NCBI GenBank assembly: GCA_965228735.1
Contig: OZ245838.1
Location: 1,344,001 to 1,408,000 of the forward strand
Direction of reading: 5' to 3'
From: Planctomycetota bacterium
GTDB lineage: Bacteria > Planctomycetota > UBA1135 > UBA2386
Length of the DNA stretch: 64,000 nt
Shown here: positions 47,627 through 56,805 of the stretch, piece by piece
How the letters are laid out: the number at the start of each line of letters is the position of its first letter
Numbering within the stretch: the first letter of the stretch is position 1
Position numbers and translations under genes: made by a program
Notes under the pieces: generated by a model
What the model was told of the DNA's origin: nothing
The model's input: only the letters and a program-made list of their open reading frames with translations
Database searches by the model: none

Positions 47627-48919
47627 TCAGCGCAGCAGCTCGGCGAGCCGGGCCGCCCGTTCGGTCGACGCTTTATCCGCCCGGCCGGGGGCCCCGGCGG
47701 CGGCAGCCTGGGCGGCCAGCAGCCACAGCCGGGCGAGCAGGGGCCGGCCGGCGTGCAGGGCCGCAAAGCCGAGGTCCGCGGCCTCCGCCGGCGTCGCGGT
47801 GACCGGCTCGCAGTCCACGAGCGCGACGGTCGGGAACCGCAGACCGCGGTCGGTCGCGATCCGCAACGTCACCCGGCGGGCGCCGGCGTCGGCGACCCGA
47901 CCGAGGAGGCGTTCGTCCCCCACGCCGGCCCGCACCTCGCGGTTCCCGGTGAGCGGCTTCGGCGTGGGCACGGCGGTCAGGTCCACGGCCGAATCGCCCG
48001 GATCCGCGAGCGGCGCGACCCCGAGCGCCGCGAACCGGGTGTTGACCGCGGCGCGGAACTGCCCGGCGCCGTCGCGCCACGCATCCTCGATCCGACGCGC
48101 TGCCGCCAGGACGTCGCCGTTCTGCGCGGCGGCGAACACCTCGTCGCAGACGGTGCGCATGCGCTGCCGCAGCGCGACGTTGGCCTGCAGAACGACCGCC
48201 TGCTGCGGCTCCGACAGGGCGAACCCGGCGAGGTCGTGCAGACAACTCTCCGCGGCCGCGAACCGATCCGTCGTCATGCGGTTGGCGGCGAGCGCGAGCA
48301 GGCTCGCGAAGCGGTCCGGGTCGAACTCGGAGCCCGGCGCGGCCCCGACAGGCGCCGCGCCGGCCCCCGGCCGGCCGATCCCGGGAACGCCGTTCGCGGG
48401 GGCGCCGTTCGAGTCCGGGCCAGGCGAAGGCGTGCCGCCCGCGAGAACGGGCTCGGCACCGGACTGGGAACCGGGCTCGGCGACTGGCTCGGCACTGGGC
48501 TCGGCACTGGGCTCGCCACTGGGCTCGCCACTGGGCTCAGCACCAGGCCCGCCCGGCGGGTTCCCGGCAAGCGCCGCGGTCGCGGCGCTCTCCGCCACGG
48601 ACGCCGCTCCGCCGGCCGGAGCGGGGCCGGGGTCGTTGGGGTTGGTGGGCCCGCCCGCCACGACCCCGCCGTCGTTGCTGGCTACATCGCCGTCCCGCCG
48701 ACTGCCGCGCTCGCCCTGAGCCGCGGGGCCGGCCGCGTCGGGCGGACCAGCGCCCGCGGTCGTGCCGTCGTCGCCGCTGCCGAACCAACCGGCACCGGCA
48801 CCAGCGAGCAGCGCGACGATGCCGACCGCGATCCACGCGCGGCGGCGCCAGCGGCGCCGGCGCGGGGTGGCTGGCGGGGCAGCGCGCGGCGACGGGCTCG
48901 GGTCACGCGGCTCGGACAT
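47627..48919 (-). CDS. Membrane-anchored hypothetical protein with a Pro/Gly/Ala-rich linker
   Basis: Arg-rich N-terminus plus TM, low-complexity spacer, globular C-part. Confidence 0.6.
   Translation of the reverse strand: MSEPRDPSPSPRAAPPATPRRRRWRRRAWIAVGIVALLAGAGAGWFGSGDDGTTAGAGPPDAAGPAAQGERGSRRDGDVASNDGGVVAGGPTNPNDPGPAPAGGAASVAESAATAALAGNPPGGPGAEPSGEPSGEPSAEPSAEPVAEPGSQSGAEPVLAGGTPSPGPDSNGAPANGVPGIGRPGAGAAPVGAAPGSEFDPDRFASLLALAANRMTTDRFAAAESCLHDLAGFALSEPQQAVVLQANVALRQRMRTVCDEVFAAAQNGDVLAAARRIEDAWRDGAGQFRAAVNTRFAALGVAPLADPGDSAVDLTAVPTPKPLTGNREVRAGVGDERLLGRVADAGARRVTLRIATDRGLRFPTVALVDCEPVTATPAEAADLGFAALHAGRPLLARLWLLAAQAAAAGAPGRADKASTERAARLAELLR
48471..48542. repeat. 12-bp tandem repeat, six units, encoding (A/G)EPS
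   Basis: CTGGGCTCG(G/C)CA-type units. Confidence 0.85.
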
Positions 48920-49035
48920 GGCGTGCCATTGTCGCCGATCCGCGGGCGAAGTCGTCACCGACAATGCCGCGACGAGGCCTTATTCCCGCAGCCCGGATAC
49001 CAGTCGAGGACCGGGCAACCGCGCGACTCCGCGAC

Positions 49036-49635
49036 TCACGCGCCACGATCCGCCGCGGACAGCCCGAGCAGCGCAGCCGCCTTGCGCTGCAGCCGCAGCA
49101 CGCTCTCCTCGGTCGTCGCGCTCGCGAGTTCGGCGAACGCGAACCAACGCAGGTCGTTCGACTCGTCCGACATCGAGAGCTCCTGGCCCGTGCCCGCGCG
49201 CAGCAGGAAGCGGACGTCCCAGTGATCGTGCCGCGGTTCGCTGCCGCGCGCCGGGATCGGGTGGACGTCGAGATCGAGCGGCACGAGCCGGCCCGCGCGG
49301 CCAGCGTTCTCCCACCACGGCACGAAGGCGAACTCCGCCATGCCGCTCTCCTCCTGCGCCTCGCGCAGCGCGGCGCGTTCGACCTCCGCCTCGCCGTCGA
49401 CGTGCCCGCCGAGCTGCAGCCACCGGTCGAGCTTGCGATGGTGCGTGAGCAGCACCCGCCGCCCCTCGGGATCGAGGATCCAGCACGACGCCGTGATGTG
49501 GCCCGGGCCGCAGCTGCGCAGCAGACAGTCAGCGTGCGTGTTCACGAACGCGCGGAAGCGGTCGACGAGCTCACGCTCGCCGGGCCACGCCGCGAGGTAG
49601 CGGGCCAGCAGATCGATCAGCGGTCGTCGGTGCAC
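49036..49635 (-). CDS. NUDIX hydrolase
   Basis: GHITAS, HHRKLDRWLQLGGHVDGE..AALREAQEESG, HWDVRF. Confidence 0.93.
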   Translation of the reverse strand: MHRRPLIDLLARYLAAWPGERELVDRFRAFVNTHADCLLRSCGPGHITASCWILDPEGRRVLLTHHRKLDRWLQLGGHVDGEAEVERAALREAQEESGMAEFAFVPWWENAGRAGRLVPLDLDVHPIPARGSEPRHDHWDVRFLLRAGTGQELSMSDESNDLRWFAFAELASATTEESVLRLQRKAAALLGLSAADRGA

Positions 49636-51227
49636 GGCTCGATCATCCGGCGCAACGCGCCCTCGTCCACCTTGCCGTTGGGATTGGTCGGCATCGTCTC
49701 GACGACGTGCACGACGGTCGGCTGCATGTAGCCCGGCAATCGCGATCGCGCGTGCTGGCGCAACCGCCGAACGAGATCGGCATCGCGCGCATCCCCGGCT
49801 GCGACGAGCACGATCTCCTGACCCGCTGCGCCGCAGTCCCGTCCGAACGCGACGACCGCCGGTGTCCCCGGCGCATCGGCGAACGCGGCCGCGATCTCGT
49901 CCGGCGATATGCGGTAGCCCTGCACCTTGATCATCCGATCACGCCGCGCGACGAACGTGTGCCGGCCGGCCGCGTCCCGCCGCACGAGGTCACCCGAATA
50001 CACGACCCGCTCACCCGCACGCCCGGGGCGCGGATCCGGCCGAAACCGCGCGGCCGTCTGCTCGGGCCGTTCCCAGTAACCGGCGGCCACGAGCGCGCCC
50101 GCGTGGACCAGCTCACCGACGCCCTCGCCCTCGATCAGATCGCCGGTGTCCGGATCGACGAGCAGCAGCTCGACGCCCGGGATCGCGCGGCCGAAGGACT
50201 CCGGGTGTCGATCGAACTCGGCCGGGTCGAGGCAGGCGCTGCGGAACGCCTCGGTCAGCCCGTACATCGAGTAGATCGCGACGTTCGGCCAGCGCGCCCG
50301 CAGCAGCGCGGAGTCCTCGCGCCGCAGCACGCCGCCGGTGCTGGTCACGTAGCGCAGCGACGCACCGTGATTCGCCGTGAGCACGCCCGATTCGAGCGCG
50401 CGCGCGACTTCGTGCCAGAGCCATGGCACGCCCGCGAGCCCCGTCGGGCGCACGCGTTGGAGCAGGTGGCTGAGCTCGCCGACGCCGAGGTGATCCGCGC
50501 CCGTGAAGCGGCAGCCGACGAACAGCGCCGACAACAGCTGGTTGAGCCCGTAGTCGAAGCTCAGCGGCAGCACCGTGAGCAGGTGATCGGCCGGCGTGAG
50601 CGCCAGGTAGTCGGCGACGACGGCGGCGCCGTACGCGAGGTTGCCGTGCGTCTGGATCACGCCCTTGCTGAGCCCCGTGCTGCCGCTCGTGTAGAGCAAC
50701 ACGGCCGGCGCGTCCCCGAGCGGTGATTCGAACGCAGAGGGCCCGGCCGGATCCGGCTGCACGTCGGCCGCGGTCGCGGTCAGTCGCGCACTCGCGAGCC
50801 CGCTCCCGAGTTCGTCCGCGTGACATCGCAGCAACCGCGACCCGGTGAGCGTGCCGGCGGGATCGCGCAGTGCCAGCAGCCGCACGTGACTCGTCACGAC
50901 GACGGTCGGCCGGCAGTCCTGGATCACGTGCCGGATCTGGGCGTCCTTGAGCTTGCCGTTGATCGGCACCGCGATCGCGCCGGCGACCGTCGCGCCGAGG
51001 ATCGCGATCGCCTCCTCCGCCGACCGTTCGACGAGGACCGCCACGCGCTCGCCGGCCTGCACTCCCACGCCCTGCAGCTCGGCCGCCATCGCCGCGACCC
51101 GCGCCGCGAACTCGGCCCCGGGCAGGGCCCGCTCCGCGACGGTGAAGAACGGCGCTGCGCCACGCGCCGCGGCTCCGCGAACGAGCGCGACGAGGTCGTT
51201 CGGCGCATCGATGCGAGCGTTGCTCAC
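49617..51227 (-). CDS. AMP-dependent acyl-CoA ligase, resembling the exosortase A-associated subfamily
   Basis: YTSGSTGLSKG, LPLSFDYGLNQL, MYGLTEAFRS, VYSGD, NGKVD. Confidence 0.88.
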   Translation of the reverse strand: MSNARIDAPNDLVALVRGAAARGAAPFFTVAERALPGAEFAARVAAMAAELQGVGVQAGERVAVLVERSAEEAIAILGATVAGAIAVPINGKLKDAQIRHVIQDCRPTVVVTSHVRLLALRDPAGTLTGSRLLRCHADELGSGLASARLTATAADVQPDPAGPSAFESPLGDAPAVLLYTSGSTGLSKGVIQTHGNLAYGAAVVADYLALTPADHLLTVLPLSFDYGLNQLLSALFVGCRFTGADHLGVGELSHLLQRVRPTGLAGVPWLWHEVARALESGVLTANHGASLRYVTSTGGVLRREDSALLRARWPNVAIYSMYGLTEAFRSACLDPAEFDRHPESFGRAIPGVELLLVDPDTGDLIEGEGVGELVHAGALVAAGYWERPEQTAARFRPDPRPGRAGERVVYSGDLVRRDAAGRHTFVARRDRMIKVQGYRISPDEIAAAFADAPGTPAVVAFGRDCGAAGQEIVLVAAGDARDADLVRRLRQHARSRLPGYMQPTVVHVVETMPTNPNGKVDEGALRRMIEPCTDDR

Positions 51228-51313
51228 CAGAGCGCCTCCCGATCCGCCGGGCTCGCGTCCGCCACCCTCACCTCTGCCACTCTCGCGGCCGCCACTCTCG
51301 CCGCCGGACGGGC

Positions 51314-51350
51314 AAGAAAAACGGCACCTGCCGCGGAGCGACAGGTGCCG
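51314..51350 (-). terminator. Rho-independent terminator after tRNA-Glu
   Basis: CGGCACCTG/CAGGTGCCG stem followed by TTTTTCTT on the minus strand. Confidence 0.85.
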
Positions 51351-51354
51351 AGCT

Positions 51355-51432
51355 TGGTATCCCGTAGGGGATTTGAACCCCTGTTACCAGAATGAAAATC
51401 TGGGGTCCTAGGCCTGGCTAGACGAACGGGAC
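51355..51432 (-). tRNA. trnE: tRNA-Glu (TTC)
   Basis: GTCCCGT/ACGGGAT acceptor stem, CCAGA-TTTTCAT-TCTGG anticodon arm, AGGGG-TTCAAAT-CCCCT T arm, encoded CCA. Confidence 0.97.
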
Positions 51433-51518
51433 CGGTTGTTGGGGCGAGGAGCTTATCGCGGGTCCGCGGCGATGCAACCCCGGCTTCGGCCGTGCAGTCG
51501 TCGACGCGGATCACCGGC

Positions 51519-52502
51519 TCAGCCGAGGTTCTTCCACTCCTTGATGCTCGGCAGCTCTTGCAGCGAGGCCAGGCCGAAGCGCTCGAGGAAGTGCTTGGTC
51601 GTGCCGTACTGCAGCGGGCGCCCCGGGACATCGGCGCGGCCCGTGACCTGCACGAGCTTGTGCTGCAGCAGACTGCGCAGCATCGGGCCGGCCTTCACGC
51701 CGCGGATCGCCTCGATCTCGCTGCGCATCACCGGCTGCCGGTAGGCCACGACCGCGAGCGTCTCGAGCGCGGCGGGCGACAGCTTCTCGAGCTTCTTCAC
51801 GCCGCGCAGACGCTGCAGGTACGGGAACGTCGTGTCCTTCGCGAGCCACTTGACCGTGTCGCCGTTGCGCGCGAGCTCGATCGGCATCCCGTGTTCCGTG
51901 ATGCGTTCCCGCAGCAGTTCGAGTGCGGCCTCGACGAGCTTCTGGGTCGTGTTGCACGCCTGCGCGAGCCGGAACACCGTGAGCCCTTCGCGCGACGTCA
52001 GCATCAGGACGAACACGACGTCCGCGACGGCGGCCGCGTCCGCGAGTTCGGGCACCTCGGGCAGGCCCTCGTCCTCGGCCGGCAGCTCTTCTTCGAGCTC
52101 GGCCGTCGAGGCTTCGTCCGCGATCGCCTGCGCGAGCGTCTCGGGATCGATCGGCGGCTCGTCCCTATCCGCCTCGTCCCTATCCGCCTCGTCGCTTCCG
52201 GTCTCGTCGTGGCTCGCCGCGGTGGGCTCGCCCGCATCGTCCGCGAGCCCGTGGAGGGAACGCTCGCTGTCCGCGTCCGGGTCGCCGTCGCCGGCATCGG
52301 TCCGCGAGCTCAGCATCGCGTCCTCGCCGACGTCGACATCCGGGAGTTCACGGTCCGCAACGACGAGGTCCTCGGCGAGCTCCGCGCGCTCGTGCGCGAG
52401 CAGCTCCGCCGGTCCACGCGCGTGGCCCGCTTTCCGTTCGGCCCCCCCGGGCCCCAACCGTTCGTCCGAGTCCGGCAGCGGCTCGCGCGAAATGTCGTCC
52501 AT
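51519..52502 (-). CDS. scpB: SMC-Scp complex subunit ScpB with an acidic N-terminal extension
   Basis: LSPAALETLAVVAYRQPVMRSEIEAIRGV, GRADVPGRPLQYGTT..FL..FGL.SL.ELP. Confidence 0.95.
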   Translation of the reverse strand: MDDISREPLPDSDERLGPGGAERKAGHARGPAELLAHERAELAEDLVVADRELPDVDVGEDAMLSSRTDAGDGDPDADSERSLHGLADDAGEPTAASHDETGSDEADRDEADRDEPPIDPETLAQAIADEASTAELEEELPAEDEGLPEVPELADAAAVADVVFVLMLTSREGLTVFRLAQACNTTQKLVEAALELLRERITEHGMPIELARNGDTVKWLAKDTTFPYLQRLRGVKKLEKLSPAALETLAVVAYRQPVMRSEIEAIRGVKAGPMLRSLLQHKLVQVTGRADVPGRPLQYGTTKHFLERFGLASLQELPSIKEWKNLG

Positions 52503-52536
52503 GGCTCGCCACTTCTAACCGACCGAACGCGCGTTG

Positions 52537-53586
52537 TCATCGACCGTTCTGTTCCTTGACCGGGGCGCCGTCCCCGAGCTCCGCGACCGTCCCGCGCCAG
52601 CGCAGCGTGTAGGCCGAGGTCTCGAGCTGCGTCAGCGGGCGGTCCTCGAGGTCCTTGTCGAGCTCCTCGCGCACCTCTTCGAACGACACCTCCCGGCCCG
52701 CGAATCGATCGAGGCAGTACACCACGAACCAGCGCGATTCGTCGCCGACGGCCTTCTCGAACGGCTCGCTGACCTCGCCGCGCTCGAGCTCGAACGCGCG
52801 TTCGGCCACCGGGTGCGGGAAGCCGCGGCCGAACGCGGGCAGCAGGCCACCATCGCGGCGCCCGTCCTCCGACCAACGCACGGCAAGGGTCGCGAAGTCC
52901 GCGCCCGCCCGGGCCTTCTCGCACACCTCGCGCGCGATCGCCTCGTCGCGATGCATCATGAACCGCACGCGCACCCGGTCCTCCCGCAGCGCGAGGTAGC
53001 GGATCACGTAGCCCTGGTAGAGCCGCTTGGCCGTGCGCAGCCGCAGGGTCCGCCGCCACGCCTCGAGCCGCATGCCGAACATCGCGAAGACGTAGCCCGG
53101 AAAGTCGAGCTCACCCTCGAGCTCGCGTTTCACCTGATCCTGCAGGCGCGCCTCCTCGGAAGCGGCGAGGCGCTCTACGCGGTCGGGGTCGACTCGGATG
53201 CCGTGCTGCTCCGCGTGGCGCGCGACGAGCACGTCGAACACGAGCAGGTCGATCGCGAGCAGCGCGAGCTTGGGGTCCGCGACCATGAGCCGCGAGAACG
53301 CCTGACTCTGCCGCAGCTCGCGCTCCCCGATGCGCGCGACGACCTGGTCCGCCGCGTCGTCGGGCGGCAGGAGGATCTCGGGCCCGAGCCCGGGCGCCGA
53401 CACCGGCTCCTGCGGCGCGAGCTGCACGCTCGGCTCGTTGCCCTCACCCGGCGTGGCAACGGGGGCCACGCCAGGACGCTCCCCCCCGCCGCCCGTGCGA
53501 CCGGTCTGCCGCGGCCCGAGCGCGCACGCGGCGAGCCCGAGGCCAAAGGCCAACAGCGCGACTGCGTTGCGCGAACGGGCCCTCAG
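52537..53586 (-). CDS. SurA/PrsA-like parvulin peptidyl-prolyl isomerase lipoprotein (probable CTG start)
   Basis: GLAA-C lipobox; GADFATLAVRWSED..GGLL, AFELERGEVSEP. Confidence 0.8.
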   Translation of the reverse strand: MRARSRNAVALLAFGLGLAACALGPRQTGRTGGGGERPGVAPVATPGEGNEPSVQLAPQEPVSAPGLGPEILLPPDDAADQVVARIGERELRQSQAFSRLMVADPKLALLAIDLLVFDVLVARHAEQHGIRVDPDRVERLAASEEARLQDQVKRELEGELDFPGYVFAMFGMRLEAWRRTLRLRTAKRLYQGYVIRYLALREDRVRVRFMMHRDEAIAREVCEKARAGADFATLAVRWSEDGRRDGGLLPAFGRGFPHPVAERAFELERGEVSEPFEKAVGDESRWFVVYCLDRFAGREVSFEEVREELDKDLEDRPLTQLETSAYTLRWRGTVAELGDGAPVKEQNGR

Positions 53587-55070
53587 TAGGCCTTGAAGCT
53601 GCGCATCCACTTGGTGTTCTGACACAGGAAGCACGGGGTCCGGATCACCTTGCCGTCGGGCCCCATGTCCGGGGTCGTGCCCTGACCGTAACACGAGACG
53701 CACTGCGCGACCGAGGCGTAGGTGACCTTCAGCTGGCCGCCGTACTCGGCGTAGTAGGCCCGCAGCCAGCCGGCCTTCTCCTTCCGCTTGGCGGTGCGCC
53801 ACCAGTCCTCGTCGGTCTGCTGCTGCTGCTGACCGGCACCGCCCGAACTGGCCGCCCGCCGGCGTTCGAGCGCCTGCTTGAGCGCCCGCGCGACGCGTTC
53901 GATCTCGCGGCTGTTCTGCTGCGCGGCGCGCTGCGACTTCTGCTGGCCCTGGGCCTTCTCGACGTTGGTGCCCTTGAGGATGTTCTGCTCGCCGAGCACC
54001 CACGAGCCGATGCCGTAGCCGAAGTGCTCGGTGCGCTTGCCGCCGGGGTAGTTCTCACGGTTGCCCCACAGCGTCTGCACTTCCTCGACCTCGAGGTCGT
54101 ACTGCTGCGCGACGCGGGCGAAGAGGTCGTCCGTCATCTGGTTCTCGGCGTAGTCGCGGGCGGCCTGCAGCGTCAGACCCTGCTCGATGACCTTGCGTTC
54201 GGCGATCGACCGGATCGACCGGCGGAAGTTGTCGGCGATCTGCCGCGCGAGGTAGCGCTCGCGCGCCTTGACGAAGCGGTCCTTCTCGACGTCGAACTCG
54301 GCCTGCAGCCGCGCTTCGGGGAACTCCGACTCGAACTGGGCGATGAGCTCGAGGCCCTTCTTGAACTGGCTCGCCGTGCCGCGGCTGCGGCACGCCTGGA
54401 TCGAATCGAGCAGCTCGCGCTCCTTGGCCGCGAGGCGGTAGCGCTCGAGCTTGGTGAACAGGCTGTCGAGCCGGCCCGGATCCTTGCTGTTGTCGAGCTC
54501 GCGCGCCTTGTCGAGATGCAGCTTGGCGTGCTCGTAGTCGCGAACCTTGATCAGGTCCTCGGCCATGAGCATGTGCTCGTCGGCGTTGCTCGGGTCCTCG
54601 ATCTTCGCGAGGCGGACCGCATACCACTCGTCCGCGGTGTAGACCTCAGCGACGGGCACGTCGATCTGACGCACCTGCACGTTGTCGATCGGGATCCGGT
54701 ACGGGGTGCCGCGCTTCTGCACGACGATCGCATTGCCCGACCGTTCGACGATCTTGCCGATGATCGTCTGCTTGCGGCCGGCGAGCTCGTACTCGACTTC
54801 CTCGGCGCGCACGAGGATCTCGTCCTCGACGTCGCTGATGAGGTTGTTCTGCCGCTTGATCGCGTTCGCGGTCGCCGGGGCCAGCTGGTCCCAGCGCAGC
54901 TCGAGCGTGCCGCCGTTGTCGATCCGCTTGACGACGCAGCCTTCGCCGGTAGCGGATTCGACGGTCGCGAGCAGCAGCCGCCCCTCGGCGAGCTGCACCG
55001 TCTGCGCCGACGCAGTGCCCAGCAAAGCCAGGCAAGAGAGCAGAGACAGGACGTCGATCGTTCGCTTCAT
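53583..55070 (-). CDS. Secreted hypothetical protein with a C-terminal CxxC...CxxC zinc ribbon
   Basis: Signal peptide ending ASA-Q; CVSCYGQG...CFLC. Confidence 0.8.
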   Translation of the reverse strand: MKRTIDVLSLLSCLALLGTASAQTVQLAEGRLLLATVESATGEGCVVKRIDNGGTLELRWDQLAPATANAIKRQNNLISDVEDEILVRAEEVEYELAGRKQTIIGKIVERSGNAIVVQKRGTPYRIPIDNVQVRQIDVPVAEVYTADEWYAVRLAKIEDPSNADEHMLMAEDLIKVRDYEHAKLHLDKARELDNSKDPGRLDSLFTKLERYRLAAKERELLDSIQACRSRGTASQFKKGLELIAQFESEFPEARLQAEFDVEKDRFVKARERYLARQIADNFRRSIRSIAERKVIEQGLTLQAARDYAENQMTDDLFARVAQQYDLEVEEVQTLWGNRENYPGGKRTEHFGYGIGSWVLGEQNILKGTNVEKAQGQQKSQRAAQQNSREIERVARALKQALERRRAASSGGAGQQQQQTDEDWWRTAKRKEKAGWLRAYYAEYGGQLKVTYASVAQCVSCYGQGTTPDMGPDGKVIRTPCFLCQNTKWMRSFKAY

Positions 55071-55118
55071 GATTCGGCCTTCGGTCGAAGGGACAGGGGG
55101 GTCGTTGTGTTGCGTTGC

Positions 55119-55589
55119 TCAGCCGCCCGTTCGGGCGTCCTTGAAGCGTCGCACCCGCTGCCCGAGCGGCAGCGTGCGCGGCAGGATGCGGTAGAAGACT
55201 TCGCTGCTGTCCTCGCCCTCGTCGAGCCAGCGGATCTCGAGGCGGATGAGCCAGATGTCGGGGCGCAGTTCGTCGGTGATCGCCTCGGCGCTCCACGACA
55301 TGCCGGGGAAACCGGGCACGGTCTGGTCCGTGAGCGCCGCGACCTCGAGGTCGAGGTCGGAGTCGCCGCCCTGCGCGCGCTGGATCGCCTCGTAGCGGAT
55401 GCGGTGCATCGCGACGTCGGCGAACTTGGACGCCGCGAGGCGCGCGTCCGTCGTGCGCCGCTGGCCGACGCTCGAGCCGAGCGCGCCGAGCAACGCCGTG
55501 ATCCCGACCAGCAGGATCCCGAGCGCCGCCAGCATCTCGGCCAGCGTGAAGCCGCCGTCCTTGCCATGCAGTGCTTTGGGCTCAGCCAT
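55119..55589 (-). CDS. Prepilin-type minor pseudopilin (GspI/PilV-like)
   Basis: GG-FTLAEMLAALGIL N-methylation motif. Confidence 0.88.
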   Translation of the reverse strand: MAEPKALHGKDGGFTLAEMLAALGILLVGITALLGALGSSVGQRRTTDARLAASKFADVAMHRIRYEAIQRAQGGDSDLDLEVAALTDQTVPGFPGMSWSAEAITDELRPDIWLIRLEIRWLDEGEDSSEVFYRILPRTLPLGQRVRRFKDARTGG

Positions 55590-56805
55590 TCCAGTCGTCC
55601 TTGCGGTGCGGGATCGGGATCGCGAAGTCGACCTCGCGACCGACATGAACGCGGACGCCGGCCGGATGTGCCGTCGCCTTGGTCCAGCGGACACCGCGGC
55701 GCAGGCCGGTGAGCCGGTCGCCCTCGATGCGATTGTAGCGGATCCACTCGCCGCGGACCTTGACGTAGCCGCCGTCCTCACTGCCCGGGAAGCGGTCGGG
55801 ATTCACGAGCCGCAGCCCCTGATCGTCGGGCCCGATCGGCCCGGCGAGCAGGCCCTCGGCCGGCAGGTCGCTCGGCATCGCGACGACGCAGTAGACCCGG
55901 ATCGCGTGCGGGTGGATGTCGTCCGCCGGATCGGTCAGGCTCGCCGACCCGCGATCGAACGCGAACTCACCGCCGAGGGCGGCGTCGACGAGCAGCCCGC
56001 CGCGGGCGCTGTCCCAGATCACCTCCGGCGCCGCGCTGCCGCTCTGCCCCCAGCTCGCGCCGTCGCGCAGCTGCCAGCTTTGGGTGTTCTGCGACCAGAA
56101 CCGGAACTCGCAGTGCAGCAGGTCTTGCAGGATCGGCTGCGTGTTCTGCAGGATCGTCAACGCCGGCAGCGCGGGCGAACCGGGCAGTTCGACGAGGAAC
56201 GGGTCGACGTCGACGTCACGCACGCGCACCGTCTGCCCCGGCAGGAACCACGCGGCGCGCAGCTCGAGGAACGCGTCGTCCGCGCCCTCCTGACGCCACG
56301 GCAGCAGCAGCAGGTTGCCGATGCCGCGCAGCGGCTCCTGCTTCCGCAGTCGGGCGACCTCCTGCGCGATCTCGCCGTCCGAGAAGTCGGGGTTCTCCTC
56401 CTGCACGCGCACCGCGAGTTCGCCCTCGACGAGCGGCAGCTCGCGCGCCGGCGGCAGCGACACCGCGGCGCGCACGACCTGGACCAGCGTGGCGTCGGGT
56501 TCGGCGGCCGGCGGCAGCCCGATCGGCAGCAGCTGCACGAGCAGGCGATCATCGGCCTGGCGGCGGTCGCGACCGGCCGCGCTGCCGCGCAGGAGCGAGA
56601 GCTCGTCGTTGATGACGCGCTCGGCGCGGTTGCCGCGGTCGGCGAGCACCTGACCGATCTCGCCCTCGGCGAAGAGGTCGAGGCCGAGCCCGACGAGCTG
56701 CACGAGCATCACGAGGAAGCCGCTGAGGATGCCCATGACGATCACGAGCTCGAGCAGCGTGAAGCCGCCGCTCCGATTCGCCGAGCTGTCACGACGGTGC
56801 TTCAT
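55582..56805 (-). CDS. Prepilin-type minor pseudopilin (GspJ/PilW-like)
   Basis: GG-FTLLELVIVMGIL; ATGA overlap with upstream gene. Confidence 0.88.
   Translation of the reverse strand: MKHRRDSSANRSGGFTLLELVIVMGILSGFLVMLVQLVGLGLDLFAEGEIGQVLADRGNRAERVINDELSLLRGSAAGRDRRQADDRLLVQLLPIGLPPAAEPDATLVQVVRAAVSLPPARELPLVEGELAVRVQEENPDFSDGEIAQEVARLRKQEPLRGIGNLLLLPWRQEGADDAFLELRAAWFLPGQTVRVRDVDVDPFLVELPGSPALPALTILQNTQPILQDLLHCEFRFWSQNTQSWQLRDGASWGQSGSAAPEVIWDSARGGLLVDAALGGEFAFDRGSASLTDPADDIHPHAIRVYCVVAMPSDLPAEGLLAGPIGPDDQGLRLVNPDRFPGSEDGGYVKVRGEWIRYNRIEGDRLTGLRRGVRWTKATAHPAGVRVHVGREVDFAIPIPHRKDDWNG

Noticed and set aside
48471..48542. Tandem repeats as a possible CRISPR array
   Set aside because: 12-bp in-frame units with no spacers and no cas genes; no CRISPR array seen in the window
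51258..51305. Three 15-bp GCCAC(T/C)CTC-containing repeats below the tRNA terminator
   Set aside because: Too short and degenerate to assign as operators
51355..51432. tRNA-Glu as attachment site of the satellite-like module
   Set aside because: I saw no second copy of its 3' end and no integrase; flanks are housekeeping-like and 44 kb away
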